From positions 64,001-128,000 of the IMG/VR virus record IMGVR_UViG_3300023202_000205: a stretch of 64,000 nt of DNA; one strand, given 5' to 3'. Every line of letters starts with the position of its first letter. Positions within the stretch are counted from its first letter, which is position 1. The stretch is from a virus. The position numbers and the translations under genes are program-made. Shown piece by piece: positions 28,128 through 37,108 of the stretch. The notes under the pieces were generated by a model. It had not been told where the DNA came from, did not search any database, and saw nothing but the letters and a program-made list of their open reading frames with translations.

Positions 28128-30522
28128 TACACCAGCGCCTATTCAACCGACGTACGTTGATTGTACAGGGCTCCGGCCCCTGATTGAGCCCAGGCTGCTC
28201 GAACGGACCACCCCCTCCGTTTTCACAATCTTCTGACGTGCAATCATAGCACGGACACGTGTCTCTGGTTGGGGGAGCTGGGGCATCTACATAGTTGGCT
28301 CTGAGGAGCAGGAACTGCTCACAGTTGGCCTCGTCCGGATGGTCAACAATCATCGTCGTACACTCCGCTGCGCTAATACAGCAGTCAGCTGTCTTGGTTG
28401 ACCGTTGAGTATACGGGATTGGTCCATCATGGTTGAGAAACTTGAAGGGTACCGCACACCCAGGTGAGTCGGTAGTCGTGAGGAGCATGATACCATCCTC
28501 TTCCGTCTCAGAGAGGATGGTCTCCTCAATACACTCCTCGATGAACCACCTTTCTCTTACTTCACTCTCACACTCGGTGACTACTTCAATCGACGTAGTT
28601 GGGAATGCGGTGGGTATAACGACGTCCGACACACCCGCCGTCACCGTTTCCAAATTGGTAATCAGACCGATAGCAGATGTCTCAAGTGATGCCACCAGAT
28701 CGATCGTTGAAATATCGATAGCAGTAGCCACCTCCGCGCTGTCGGCTACCACATTTATCGTATTGATATTTGAGATAACGTCGACCCCACCGGGCACTAT
28801 GCCAAGAGACGTGATCAAATCGATAACCGTCGTACCAGCGGCTACCGTGGTGACATCCGTTACTACAGTAAGCGTGGAGGTAACGGTACCATCACAGACC
28901 ACCAGTTCCGCCGTCCCTAGCGCACTCACCAACCCGCCATTTCCAACTGGCAAAGTGACTCCCACGTCTTGCCCAATTGCTGTAACCGCCTCGATGTTCT
29001 GGACGTCGACGCTATCAACTAAACCACCTGGCTGTACGGAAGAGGCAAACGTGACAAGCCCGGTCTCGACGTTGGTCGCAACATCGACCGGAATAGTCGA
29101 GAACCCCGTTACGAGGTCGACAAGCCCACTCTCCAAAACCGAAACGAGTGCACCGTCTCCAACGGGTACCTGTATTGTCGCCGTCTCCAGATCAGTGACG
29201 AACTCCACCAAGTCCGTCTTGCAACTGGTCATCAGAGTCAGGTCAGTCGTAAAGCAGCTCGAAGGGATCGTAATCTCAGTCGTCGTAACAAACCAGCTAT
29301 CGAAGAAACTGACAGGTACCGACCGCTGAACCGGTTTGATAATATCCTCGGGAACAAAGCAGTCAGCCTGATCAGGCGTGACCGTTGCCTTACAATCCTC
29401 TGTGCAGAACTCCTCACACTCCGGTTTATAGATAACCGCCTGGCCTTCATAACCAGGGTTGGGGTGGTTCCAGTTGCCTGTCTTAGGAACGGTACGCCCA
29501 AACCTGCCGATAATCTCCACCTGAGCCATCGGGCAGTCAGGAATACCAGCACAGCTGACGTCACTAAGTAGTGACGCCCCGTACCCATTGGAGAAGTTGA
29601 CCACCCCTACATTGCAGGGATCAAGCTGGCGTAGCTGGTCGAGTGGGTAGACCTGGCCAGGCTCTGTTGCTCCGTAGAGCTCCATGGCCGCTTCCCACAA
29701 CTCTGAGTTCCGTGTACACTTCACACAACCACAGGTCTTGAGAAGTGCTAAGTAGAATGGGTGGGTGCATCTGACGGGAACGTTGAGGCCATTATTGACA
29801 ATGAATTGGCTTTTGTTCCCTTCAAAGTCTCCGCACTGGGCCGTGGGGTTACAGAGTGTTGAGAACAGTAACGCGTCTACGTTGGCCCCAGCCGCGCCTC
29901 CCGCACCTCCACCGCCGTCACCAGCAATAGCGCTTGTACACGCGCACGGGTCTGGGGGTGCTGGCGGGTCTGCAATACCCCCGCCAGCAGGGCCTTGCGT
30001 TTGAGGGACCGGGTTGTCCGGGCAGTCGTCAGGAGCTCCGTCGGACTTATAGAAGCCAACTGCCCCCGGCTCAAAAGTCATGAGCCGTTGCTCCAGCCCG
30101 TTGATGGCGATGGGCGACCCCATGTTGATCACCATCAGCCGTCCCGTCACGCTAACGACATCGCCGCCCCCGATCTTGGACTTGTTGAGCAAGACGATGT
30201 TCGTGTTCCACACGACCAGCGCCTCGGAGAGCGACATAGGGTTAACGCCAGCCCAGACGATATACGGACGCGCCGCCTGTGCAGCAGGGGCGCCTGACAA
30301 CAAACCGCCAGGCTCGGTGAACTTGATCTTGGGGCCTTCGGAAACGTTCCCTTCACCATCTACCCGGGTACCGGCTATCGGGGCACTAGGGTGCTCCAAG
30401 CGGGCGTAAACGGGGGATGTCAGGGGGAAGCTGACGGTGCCCGTACCTGTACCGGTGTTGGACCGTAACCACGGACCACTCGGTGAAGGATCGTCAGTTA
30501 AGTAGCCATCGGCCTGAGCCAT
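28105..30522 (-). CDS. Large Cys-rich structural protein with Thr/Val/Asp-rich central repeat
   Basis: Likely start MAQADG at 30522 (track start 30555). Cys-rich N- and C-terminal parts flank about 300 aa of T/V/D/S-rich beta-type repeats. Confidence 0.65.
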   Translation of the reverse strand: MAQADGYLTDDPSPSGPWLRSNTGTGTGTVSFPLTSPVYARLEHPSAPIAGTRVDGEGNVSEGPKIKFTEPGGLLSGAPAAQAARPYIVWAGVNPMSLSEALVVWNTNIVLLNKSKIGGGDVVSVTGRLMVINMGSPIAINGLEQRLMTFEPGAVGFYKSDGAPDDCPDNPVPQTQGPAGGGIADPPAPPDPCACTSAIAGDGGGGAGGAAGANVDALLFSTLCNPTAQCGDFEGNKSQFIVNNGLNVPVRCTHPFYLALLKTCGCVKCTRNSELWEAAMELYGATEPGQVYPLDQLRQLDPCNVGVVNFSNGYGASLLSDVSCAGIPDCPMAQVEIIGRFGRTVPKTGNWNHPNPGYEGQAVIYKPECEEFCTEDCKATVTPDQADCFVPEDIIKPVQRSVPVSFFDSWFVTTTEITIPSSCFTTDLTLMTSCKTDLVEFVTDLETATIQVPVGDGALVSVLESGLVDLVTGFSTIPVDVATNVETGLVTFASSVQPGGLVDSVDVQNIEAVTAIGQDVGVTLPVGNGGLVSALGTAELVVCDGTVTSTLTVVTDVTTVAAGTTVIDLITSLGIVPGGVDVISNINTINVVADSAEVATAIDISTIDLVASLETSAIGLITNLETVTAGVSDVVIPTAFPTTSIEVVTECESEVRERWFIEECIEETILSETEEDGIMLLTTTDSPGCAVPFKFLNHDGPIPYTQRSTKTADCCISAAECTTMIVDHPDEANCEQFLLLRANYVDAPAPPTRDTCPCYDCTSEDCENGGGGPFEQPGLNQGPEPCTINVRRLNRRWCIGNPCKE

Positions 30523-30539
30523 GAGTCCCCACACACATA

Positions 30540-30555
30540 GTGTTCGCGCGAACAC
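30540..30555. promoter_or_regulatory. Palindrome copy GTGTTCGCGCGAACAC
   Basis: Intergenic, 18 nt upstream of ATG 30522. Confidence 0.75.
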
Positions 30556-30570
30556 TATAATCAGTTGGAT

Positions 30571-30771
30571 TCAGCCACCTGCATCGAGTGATGTCTGCTT
30601 GGCCGTCTCGAAAGCTGAAAGGCTTGCGAAGCGTACGGAGGCTGGCATCCCCTGAAACCGGACATCCACAGCAGTTCCGTCTGGCGACGACCACATCACC
30701 GCTTTGCGCAAATCGTAAGCAGGGCTATCACCTCCTGCTGGGTACCAGATATGGTCGCTCGTAACTGCCAT
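30571..30771 (-). CDS. Small protein paralogous to the N-terminus of 19086..20015
   Basis: Shares VTSDHIWYPAGGDSPAYDLRK and AFETAKQ with the 309-aa ORF. Confidence 0.75.
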   Translation of the reverse strand: MAVTSDHIWYPAGGDSPAYDLRKAVMWSSPDGTAVDVRFQGMPASVRFASLSAFETAKQTSLDAGG

Positions 30772-30783
30772 CGTCTAAACTCC

Positions 30784-31173
30784 TTAAGTGGTAGCGGCCG
30801 GCTTGGCGTAAGCACCTATCTCGAGCTGCCTACAAACCTCATGCCGCTTTCGCCACTGATCTTGGGCTTCGGGGGTATTCTCAATACCGCAGTAGGAGAT
30901 ACCATACATTTCCAGCGCCAGTTCTGGTATAGGTAAATCCACAGATGGCTGGGACCTCTTCGCAGGAACGGTTTCTTCCCTCCTCTTGAAAATGCGGGGA
31001 AGGAACACCCTGAGGAACAAACCCGACGTGCAGCGACGCTCTTCCCGCTTGAGAGCCCTGTGCAGCCTCTTTCGCCAGAGCGTGTGGCGCTTACTGATGC
31101 CGATGAATGTATCCCTGCAAAGAATACGGCGATACCACCACAGAAGAACAAGACGGGAAAGCTTTCTAAGCAT
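30784..31173 (-). CDS. Hypothetical basic protein
   Basis: 129-aa ORF overlapping the upstream stop. Confidence 0.4.
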   Translation of the reverse strand: MLRKLSRLVLLWWYRRILCRDTFIGISKRHTLWRKRLHRALKREERRCTSGLFLRVFLPRIFKRREETVPAKRSQPSVDLPIPELALEMYGISYCGIENTPEAQDQWRKRHEVCRQLEIGAYAKPAATT

Positions 31174-31759
31174 GTCTACTATTCCTTTTGGGGAACCAAG
31201 TAGGATGCTTCTTGCGGAGATTGACGACCCTCACTGATACCGAGCCAGGATTCAGCCCCAGCTTCTTGGCCATTTGCGGCACCGTATAGCCTTTCCGCCA
31301 CAACTCACGCCACTTCTTGTAACGCTCCTCTTTCTCGAGTTCACGGATTCTCTGCCGTTCCGCCTTCTCGGCTTCCTTCTTCCTGATCCGCTCCGCTCTC
31401 CTCAGGAGCTGGAGCTCCCTCCCGCTCGGAGCCCCGATCGCTTCCGCTATCTGACGAACCCGCTCCCGAGAGAGATTGTAAGCCTTCGCCAGCGGACCAT
31501 GTGAACGGCCCGCCAGAAGCTCGTTTTCCAGATCCTGCCTCCCTGTATGGGATAGCTTGGAAGATGGGTGATCGGCTCCCCGCAGAGTGTAAGTCCCACG
31601 ACCCAATATCTTTACGTCGTTCTTTTTGAGGATCTTCGTGACCTGGGCGTAGCTCTCCCCCGTCACCTGGCATACCTGGTTGATCGGCTGGCCCTGTTTG
31701 ACGTACAGATCCACGATCTGCTGTTCTAACCCATGCGTGTTTGGCTGCCCGTTGTCCAT
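31166..31759 (-). CDS. Multi-HTH DNA-binding protein (sigma-70 region-4-like HTH)
   Basis: LAKAYNLSRERVRQIAE, plus further HTH-like segments (PINQVCQVTGESYAQVTKIL; YTVPQMAKKLGLNPGSVSVRV). Confidence 0.7.
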   Translation of the reverse strand: MDNGQPNTHGLEQQIVDLYVKQGQPINQVCQVTGESYAQVTKILKKNDVKILGRGTYTLRGADHPSSKLSHTGRQDLENELLAGRSHGPLAKAYNLSRERVRQIAEAIGAPSGRELQLLRRAERIRKKEAEKAERQRIRELEKEERYKKWRELWRKGYTVPQMAKKLGLNPGSVSVRVVNLRKKHPTWFPKRNSRHA

Positions 31760-32177
31760 CTACCTCATCCCATGGCATCGTTGGTAGTACTGGCTGCGGC
31801 CACCCCGCCTCCCTCAGCTTGGTCAACCTATCTACCAGTACCTTGCGGGCTTCCTTGATCAGAGAACGGCGGTCGTTCTTGGCCGCCGTTCTGAGCCGCT
31901 TGAGCCAACCTTTCCTGAATCCACGCTTAGGGTACTCGCTTTTCGGCAATTCCGCAAGTTGGTTGTCCAACTCGGACAACTTCTTGCCTAGAAAGCCAAT
32001 GTAGGCGTTATACAAGATGCCTACAGCATGCTCAGGGTCGTCTGTCTCGTATAATTTGTGTTTCTGACCGGGGTAACGGAACGATACCCGATAGTTCTCA
32101 CCAGACTGACGAAGGTACCAGTAACCAAGCAGCTTCTTGCGACCTGTGTAAAGCGGTATACGTATCGGCTCACCCAT
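31341..32177 (-). CDS. Hypothetical protein (3' half overlaps the HTH gene)
   Basis: The N-terminal ~140 aa look like a real protein; the remainder overlaps 31166..31759 by 419 nt. Confidence 0.5.
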   Translation of the reverse strand: MGEPIRIPLYTGRKKLLGYWYLRQSGENYRVSFRYPGQKHKLYETDDPEHAVGILYNAYIGFLGKKLSELDNQLAELPKSEYPKRGFRKGWLKRLRTAAKNDRRSLIKEARKVLVDRLTKLREAGWPQPVLPTMPWDEVDGQRAAKHAWVRTADRGSVRQTGPADQPGMPGDGGELRPGHEDPQKERRKDIGSWDLHSAGSRSPIFQAIPYREAGSGKRASGGPFTWSAGEGLQSLSGAGSSDSGSDRGSEREGAPAPEESGADQEEGSREGGTAENP

Positions 32178-32188
32178 GATAGCGTTGT

Positions 32189-32830
32189 CTAAGGCGTTTC
32201 CGTGGGGTCCTGGTCAATAAGCAGGCGAGGAACACCTCCACCAGGGAGGTCCACATAGGTCAGCTCGTAGGCTGCATCAGGCCACCTCCAACTATAGACA
32301 TAGTGATGTTCATCCTCATCAGCCGTCTGAAAGACTGTTACGAACCCCATCTCCGTGAGAATGTGGTGAAGATCGTCCCGATCGACAAAACAGACCAAAC
32401 CTCCCCCATCGCTCGTCGCTACCTGCTCAACTCCTGGAATTAGAAGCAAAAAGTGGGATAGCTTCTCAGGAGAATGAAAATCATAGGAAGGAAGCGCATC
32501 ACTGGCTTCTACTACCTCAGGCTCTTCGGCCTCGATGACCTTCGCGTCCCCATCAATAAGTGTGATAGGGGGTATCGCCACCTTGCCGTCCGCCCGGCCC
32601 CGCACATGAAATTTCTGAAGGAGTACCTCTAAAAGGCATTTGACCAGATTAGCCGACTGAGCCCCAATACTGACAAACCCGTTGCTGTCAGAGGGCATCC
32701 CCTCAGTAGGCCTGCCGTAAACCAGAATCATCCCGTGCTGTGGGCTCGCCTGCGCCCGGGACCGTAACTCCTCGATCAATTGCTCATCCGTGGCGAGGCT
32801 CAAGTCATTGAAGTCGAAGCTGTCGCTCAT
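32189..32830 (-). CDS. Hypothetical protein
   Basis: 213-aa acidic ORF. Confidence 0.6.
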   Translation of the reverse strand: MSDSFDFNDLSLATDEQLIEELRSRAQASPQHGMILVYGRPTEGMPSDSNGFVSIGAQSANLVKCLLEVLLQKFHVRGRADGKVAIPPITLIDGDAKVIEAEEPEVVEASDALPSYDFHSPEKLSHFLLLIPGVEQVATSDGGGLVCFVDRDDLHHILTEMGFVTVFQTADEDEHHYVYSWRWPDAAYELTYVDLPGGGVPRLLIDQDPTETP

Positions 32831-32966
32831 AGCTAAACACTACCTGCAATAGCTCAACCCGCAAGAACGGCTGCCGCAGGTACCGTATCTCTGCTCAGAC
32901 AATAAATAGGAGGTAAAGTGTTATAGGGTAGGTTCCTCGTAAGGTTCCATCCATCCAACAGTTACG

Positions 32967-33266
32967 TTAGTCCTTGCTCGGCGCTACGTACGGGTTCGGC
33001 TCCTCATCGAGCCTCCGCCAGTAGAAACCGTGGGCCGTCTGACTCGAGCCATGAACGATGCTGGTTTCGACAATGGTCTGCCGGCCAGCTCCGTCTTCAC
33101 GCTTCGGATCGCTACTCACGTAGACGAGATTGATGCACGGGTTCTCAATCTGGCCGTCCTGATCCCAGGATACCTTCACGAGAGCGTTGTACGTCTTCCC
33201 GTACTTGTCGTGGTAGACGACGACGTCCCCAACACAAGGGCTCTGACGTTTCATGGTATCTGCCAT
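32967..33266 (-). CDS. Small beta-barrel-like phage protein
   Basis: PCVGDVVVYH...ALVKVSW...CINLVYVS; AGGAGG-type Shine-Dalgarno sequence upstream. Confidence 0.65.
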   Translation of the reverse strand: MADTMKRQSPCVGDVVVYHDKYGKTYNALVKVSWDQDGQIENPCINLVYVSSDPKREDGAGRQTIVETSIVHGSSQTAHGFYWRRLDEEPNPYVAPSKD

Positions 33267-33549
33267 GATTCCTCCTCCTATTCAGTTGTCAAAGATAGCC
33301 AACGTGGCTATGTCGTCATTCTAGATCAGTTTTCTCGCGTGCATAGCGCGTAACTACCTTCGTAGCCTCACGGCTAGCTTCGCTGTATATCGGGAACTCC
33401 TTACTCCAGAATATAAGGAACCCGCCATCACTCATATACTCCCCTACCAGGGCAACCCAGCCAGGGTAGAGCCAACAAAGCCGTACTTCCAGCACACGGG
33501 CCAGTCTCGTAAAACGGCCGCCAGAGACAATACCCCTCAGCGGAAGAAG

Positions 33550-33621
33550 TAGCCCCACCCGGACTCGAACCGAGACCCCCAGGGCCAGAACCTGGTGCTC
33601 TACCAATTGAGCTATAGGGCG
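33550..33621 (-). tRNA. tRNA-Gln(CUG)
   Basis: Reverse complement folds as a cloverleaf: D arm GCTC-AATTGGTA-GAGC, anticodon arm CCAGG-TT CTG GC-CCTGG, T loop GGTTCGAGTCC. Confidence 0.85.
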
Positions 33622-33634
33622 CTAAGATGCTTCC

Positions 33635-33931
33635 ATGAACCCACTCTTCTCCGCTCTCGCTGATGCCTTTGGAAAAGTCACTGGTGCGTGGCTCTACTTT
33701 ATCGGTAGTGAGGTTGTCCTCGTCACGTCGGCTGTGTCGCTACTCCTGGCAAATAGCGACGCTACCTTCGACTCATTCAACGAGCCACCTGCACCACCCC
33801 CAGAGCCACCTAGCTACGCTTTCATCGCCTACGTCATGCTGGGGTTTGTCCTGCTACGAGCTGCATGGTTGATGGGTGGACTCCTTTTTGCCAAGAAAGC
33901 TATTGAGAAGGCCGTCGAGAAAGACGGGTAA
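33635..33931 (+). CDS. Small two-TM membrane protein
   Basis: 98 aa; two hydrophobic helices separated by a Pro-rich loop. A rare plus-strand gene, inside the tRNA cluster. Confidence 0.55.
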   Translation: MNPLFSALADAFGKVTGAWLYFIGSEVVLVTSAVSLLLANSDATFDSFNEPPAPPPEPPSYAFIAYVMLGFVLLRAAWLMGGLLFAKKAIEKAVEKDG

Positions 33932-34001
33932 AGCCCGGCCAGGAATCGAACCTGAGCACCCAGGGCCAAAACCTGGTGCACTACCACTATGCTACCGAGC
34001 T
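33932..34001 (-). tRNA. tRNA-Gln(UUG)
   Basis: Anticodon arm CCAGG-TT TTG GC-CCTGG; T loop GGTTCGATTCC. Confidence 0.85.
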
Positions 34002-34005
34002 ATAT

Positions 34006-34090
34006 CGGAGAGGGTGGGATTCGAACCCACGGAGGCTCACGCCTCGACGGTTTTCAAAACCGCTGCATTCAACCGCTCTGCCACCTCTCC
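34006..34090 (-). tRNA. tRNA-Ser(UGA)
   Basis: GGAGAGGTGGCAGAGCGG...GCGGT-TT TGA AA-ACCGT, long variable arm, GGGTTCGAATCCCACCCTCTCCG. Confidence 0.93.
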
Positions 34091-34095
34091 CCATA

Positions 34096-34169
34096 TCGGA
34101 ACAGCAGGATTCGAACCTGCGACCTTCTGGTCCCAAACCAGACGCTCTGCCAAACTGAGCTATGCTCCG
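34096..34169 (-). tRNA. tRNA-Pro(UGG)
   Basis: CGGAGCATAGCTCAGTTTGGCAGAGCG TCTGG-TT TGG GA-CCAGA...GGTTCGAATCC. Confidence 0.93.
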
Positions 34170-34173
34170 GTAA

Positions 34174-34246
34174 CTGCCCAAGCAGGACTCGAACCTGCAA
34201 CCTCGGCGTTAACGGCGCCTTGCTCTACCAATTGAGCTACTGGGCA
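34174..34246 (-). tRNA. tRNA-Asn(GUU)
   Basis: TGCCCAGTAGCTCAATTGGTAGAGC...GGCG-CC GTT AA-CGCC...GGTTCGAGTCC; atypical C33. Confidence 0.8.
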
Positions 34247-34252
34247 ATAAAC

Positions 34253-34326
34253 TGCGGAAGATGGGACTCGAACCCATAACAAGCGGTTTAGAAGACCACT
34301 ACTCTATCCAATTGAGTTACTTCCGC
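34253..34326 (-). tRNA. tRNA-Arg(UCU)
   Basis: GCGGAAG-TA-ACTC...GAGT, GTGGT-CT TCT AA-ACCGC, GGGTTCGAGTCCC. Confidence 0.9.
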
Positions 34327-34333
34327 ACGACAA

Positions 34334-34404
34334 TGCTGCACCGAGGAATCGAACCCCGCTCCCTGGGTTACAAAGCCAGAGCATCGCCACAATGCTTGTG
34401 CAGC
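34334..34404 (-). tRNA. tRNA-Thr(UGU), probable
   Basis: Acceptor stem GCTGCAC/GTGCAGC; anticodon loop TT TGT AA with a C31:C39 mismatch; T loop GGTTCGATTCC. Confidence 0.7.
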
Positions 34405-34426
34405 GTGTTCGCTATCGATTTTCAAA

Positions 34427-34462
34427 GAAAAACCCCAGCCTTTTTAGGGGCTGGGGTTTCTT
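34427..34462. terminator. Rho-independent terminator, possibly bidirectional
   Basis: AAACCCCAGCC-loop-GGCTGGGGTTT stem flanked by A/T tracts. Confidence 0.7.
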
Positions 34463-34653
34463 GTGTGGGAGAAGACCTTGATCTTGTTACACAAACACCC
34501 CAGCAGGCGCTCTATTCGAGGAGCCTGGGTTCTGTTGTGTCTGTGAGTTGGGGGTTCCAAACATCTTGCTGAGCATCCTCCCTATAATAGTGAGTGAGGC
34601 AAGTTCAATATGAGCGCGCTACGCCCGGCTGTCTTGTAGAGGAGCACCCCCTA

Positions 34654-34872
34654 CTACCTGATAAGCGTATATCCCTTACTCGGCTCGAAAATAACGATCT
34701 CACCTGTCTGATAAGACACCCCCTCGAACTCGCCTACCTTTGTAAACAAATCCTCTCTCTGGTTGTGGGGATCTATGGCTTCAGTCACCGGGTTTACCAG
34801 AAAGTCACGGCCAAAAGGGATATCAGCCCATTCGACGTTCTCCGCCTCAATGGTAGAGGAGGTACGGTCCAT
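34654..34872 (-). CDS. Hypothetical protein
   Basis: 72-aa ORF with an upstream GGAG. Confidence 0.55.
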   Translation of the reverse strand: MDRTSSTIEAENVEWADIPFGRDFLVNPVTEAIDPHNQREDLFTKVGEFEGVSYQTGEIVIFEPSKGYTLIR

Positions 34873-34970
34873 GTTGCTTGCTCCTTGGAGTAGTGAGTAG
34901 ACTCTCTACCATAAGCAGGGCACTTGCAAGTCAAGCTACCACAGGGTAGTCTTCGTTCCGAGGAGAGGGA

Positions 34971-35166
34971 TATGGCAAAAGGGGCTGAACACGTTGACGG
35001 CGATACCGACGACGCGTCTGACAGGATCTATGACGCTGTCTGGTCTTGTCGAAAAGACGGCATCTCTGAGGCAAAGATACTCATGGCGCTTACGGGAGAG
35101 ATAAGTGGCGTATTCAAACGCATACAGGAACAGGGCGGACTAGAGGCGGCCCAAGACACGCCATAA
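34971..35166 (+). CDS. Hypothetical protein
   Basis: GAGGAGAGGG Shine-Dalgarno sequence before ATG at 34971 (MAKGAEH...); track ORF 34924..35166. Confidence 0.5.
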
Positions 35167-35775
35167 AGCATCCTGATAAGCGGGCATTACGTGAAACCGT
35201 GTTACCCTCGCCCGCAGAGACCAGTTGAGTGAAAAGAACGTAGAGAGTAGGCACATAAACCAACTCGGTCCCAGCTTTAAGCGGAAAGTCTCCCTATGAT
35301 AGAAACCAGGAGGTAGATGTGGCACAGGATCACCTCGATGAACAACCCGGCAGTGATAGTCGAGTAAACCACCCTCCTGCTTACTGTCATAGATCGCAAA
35401 AGACCCAAAGGTGACACAGGGTATTTCATACTTGGCTGAGAGCACCTGTGCTGTGGCACCCCCAAGGCTGTGGCCTACCAGCAACCTGACATTGCGGAAA
35501 TCAACCCCTTGCTCGATTAACTCAGCATGTTTACGGGCACCGCGATGTAAGGCCTTCTCACTACCAATGCCTACATCCAAGCTCTGAGCTACATCATCGA
35601 GGTCATCCGTCCCTAGAATGTACAGTGTGTCCCCTCGCTGCGCGTATCGGGCGTTCCCCGCCTTTATGACCTTACTCGAACCATCGTAAAGGTCCGTCAA
35701 CCCCTCCGCGTAACGCAAAAGATTATGGAACTGAGAGCACTGCTCAAACTCTATGATTTTCAATCGATTAGGCAT
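35140..35775 (-). CDS. Lipase family 3 (alpha/beta hydrolase)
   Basis: ILGTD oxyanion region, LVGHSLGGATA nucleophile elbow, VHRGDPVPHLP (Asp) and a C-terminal His (RFHVM). Confidence 0.85.
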   Translation of the reverse strand: MPNRLKIIEFEQCSQFHNLLRYAEGLTDLYDGSSKVIKAGNARYAQRGDTLYILGTDDLDDVAQSLDVGIGSEKALHRGARKHAELIEQGVDFRNVRLLVGHSLGGATAQVLSAKYEIPCVTFGSFAIYDSKQEGGLLDYHCRVVHRGDPVPHLPPGFYHRETFRLKLGPSWFMCLLSTFFSLNWSLRARVTRFHVMPAYQDALWRVLGRL

Positions 35776-35790
35776 AAAAAGCCAGGTCGG

Positions 35791-36363
35791 TCAAGTCACC
35801 GTCACACTACCACAGATAGCGTCTGCTGGGGGTGTCCACGACTGCGCCCCCGTAGAATCACCACAGTCACATACCCACTCCAGGCAGAACTTGATCTTCA
35901 CCACGTTATCATCCTCACAACCTGACGCGCTTGACACATGGATCATCCAGGCGTCTATATCCGTAAACGAGCCATCTAGCCCACCCCCATCACCTAAGCA
36001 AAGATTACGCTTAACAGATCCAGAGGTAAAGCCATCTGTAGAGTTGATCGACACAGTATCCCACGAACGCCATCCATTATAGACAGGTACACCAAAAAGA
36101 GATGAAGGAGTTTGGATAGCAAAACCCAGCCAAAAACGCACTGTTACAGCACAACATGCGTGTACACAATACCGTATTCGTACCCATGAGGCATGTTTGA
36201 TAATAGGACTTATGCTCTGCGAAAGACACGAATTGACCGTACCCCCACGGCAGGTAGAAGGCCCCCCTGTTATTTGGCAGGCTGGTTCGCGAGCCAAAGA
36301 CGGGTCTGTCTGATCCGCGTTTGTCGTGTCGAGTGTCGTAACTGCCGTACAGAGTTGTACCAT
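35791..36363 (-). CDS. Cys-rich protein
   Basis: ATG overlaps the upstream TAA (TAATG at 36361-36365); KIKFC...SWT motif shared with the upstream gene. Confidence 0.65.
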   Translation of the reverse strand: MVQLCTAVTTLDTTNADQTDPSLAREPACQITGGPSTCRGGTVNSCLSQSISPIIKHASWVRIRYCVHACCAVTVRFWLGFAIQTPSSLFGVPVYNGWRSWDTVSINSTDGFTSGSVKRNLCLGDGGGLDGSFTDIDAWMIHVSSASGCEDDNVVKIKFCLEWVCDCGDSTGAQSWTPPADAICGSVTVT

Positions 36364-36896
36364 TAGGGCACCACCGTCGTCCAACTAGCTGGGGCGGATG
36401 TGTCCTCAGTAGCGTCCACACAGAACTTGATTTTGGTTTCTTGATCGGTTCCGCAAGAAGGGTTCGCTGGGGATATCCCAAGTACTCGTAGTCGAATATT
36501 AAGAATCTCCTCACCCCACGTCTCAAACCCAGTGCCACTGGAAACCCGGAAGGCTGTGCCACACCCTGACCGAAAAACAAACGTAGGGCTATTAGAGCCT
36601 ATATTGAAGGAGGCTGTTAAGCATGGGTCGTCAGGAGGACTCGTGCAACTAACCCCAGCTAATGCCTTCTCAAAACGGTCCGTGTAAATGCACACTCGAT
36701 AAGTAACAAAACAACATGCTAACCCGGCCCATCGCACTCGAAAACCACTTATCATTGAGGACCCAAATGGTCTCGGAACGGCTATCGGCACCTCTGTAAA
36801 AGGGGTCTTATCAAATACGCATGCTGCGCTATTATTCGGCACCGTCAGAGTAGGCATGTTTGGTGCGGTACTCGTGTATGTGTGCTCAAAAGGCAT
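36363..36896 (-). CDS. Cys-rich protein, paralog of the downstream gene
   Basis: Start MPFEHTY 2 nt after the upstream TAG; CCFVTYRV and KIKFCVD..SWT. Confidence 0.65.
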   Translation of the reverse strand: MPFEHTYTSTAPNMPTLTVPNNSAACVFDKTPFTEVPIAVPRPFGSSMISGFRVRWAGLACCFVTYRVCIYTDRFEKALAGVSCTSPPDDPCLTASFNIGSNSPTFVFRSGCGTAFRVSSGTGFETWGEEILNIRLRVLGISPANPSCGTDQETKIKFCVDATEDTSAPASWTTVVP

Positions 36897-36898
36897 GG

Positions 36899-37108
36899 CT
36901 AGCCACAACTCTCGTCAGAACACGCCCACGTCGAGTATTCCGACTCTGTGGAGGCTGGAATACAGCCCCCGTTACCTTCCGCAACAGATATACAGGAGTC
37001 GAGTTCTGTGCAGACATCGTAATCATCCTTGCCTTCGACAAAGTTCGTAACCGTCTCACAAGGGGAGGAGTTGCAACAGTCAGGTGCTGGTCGAACGATC
37101 AGTGCCAT
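36899..37108 (-). CDS. Small Cys-rich protein
   Basis: 69 aa with 8 Cys. Confidence 0.6.
   Translation of the reverse strand: MALIVRPAPDCCNSSPCETVTNFVEGKDDYDVCTELDSCISVAEGNGGCIPASTESEYSTWACSDESCG

Noticed and set aside
34406-34413. Half-site GTGTTCGC just upstream of tRNA-Thr
   Set aside because: Only 8 nt; chance occurrence is plausible.
33876-34572. Track ORFs overlapping the tRNA cluster
   Set aside because: They are translations of tRNA sequences.
35177-35187. AGCGGGCAT match to the CRISPR repeat core
   Set aside because: A 9-nt match inside the lipase CDS, expected by chance.
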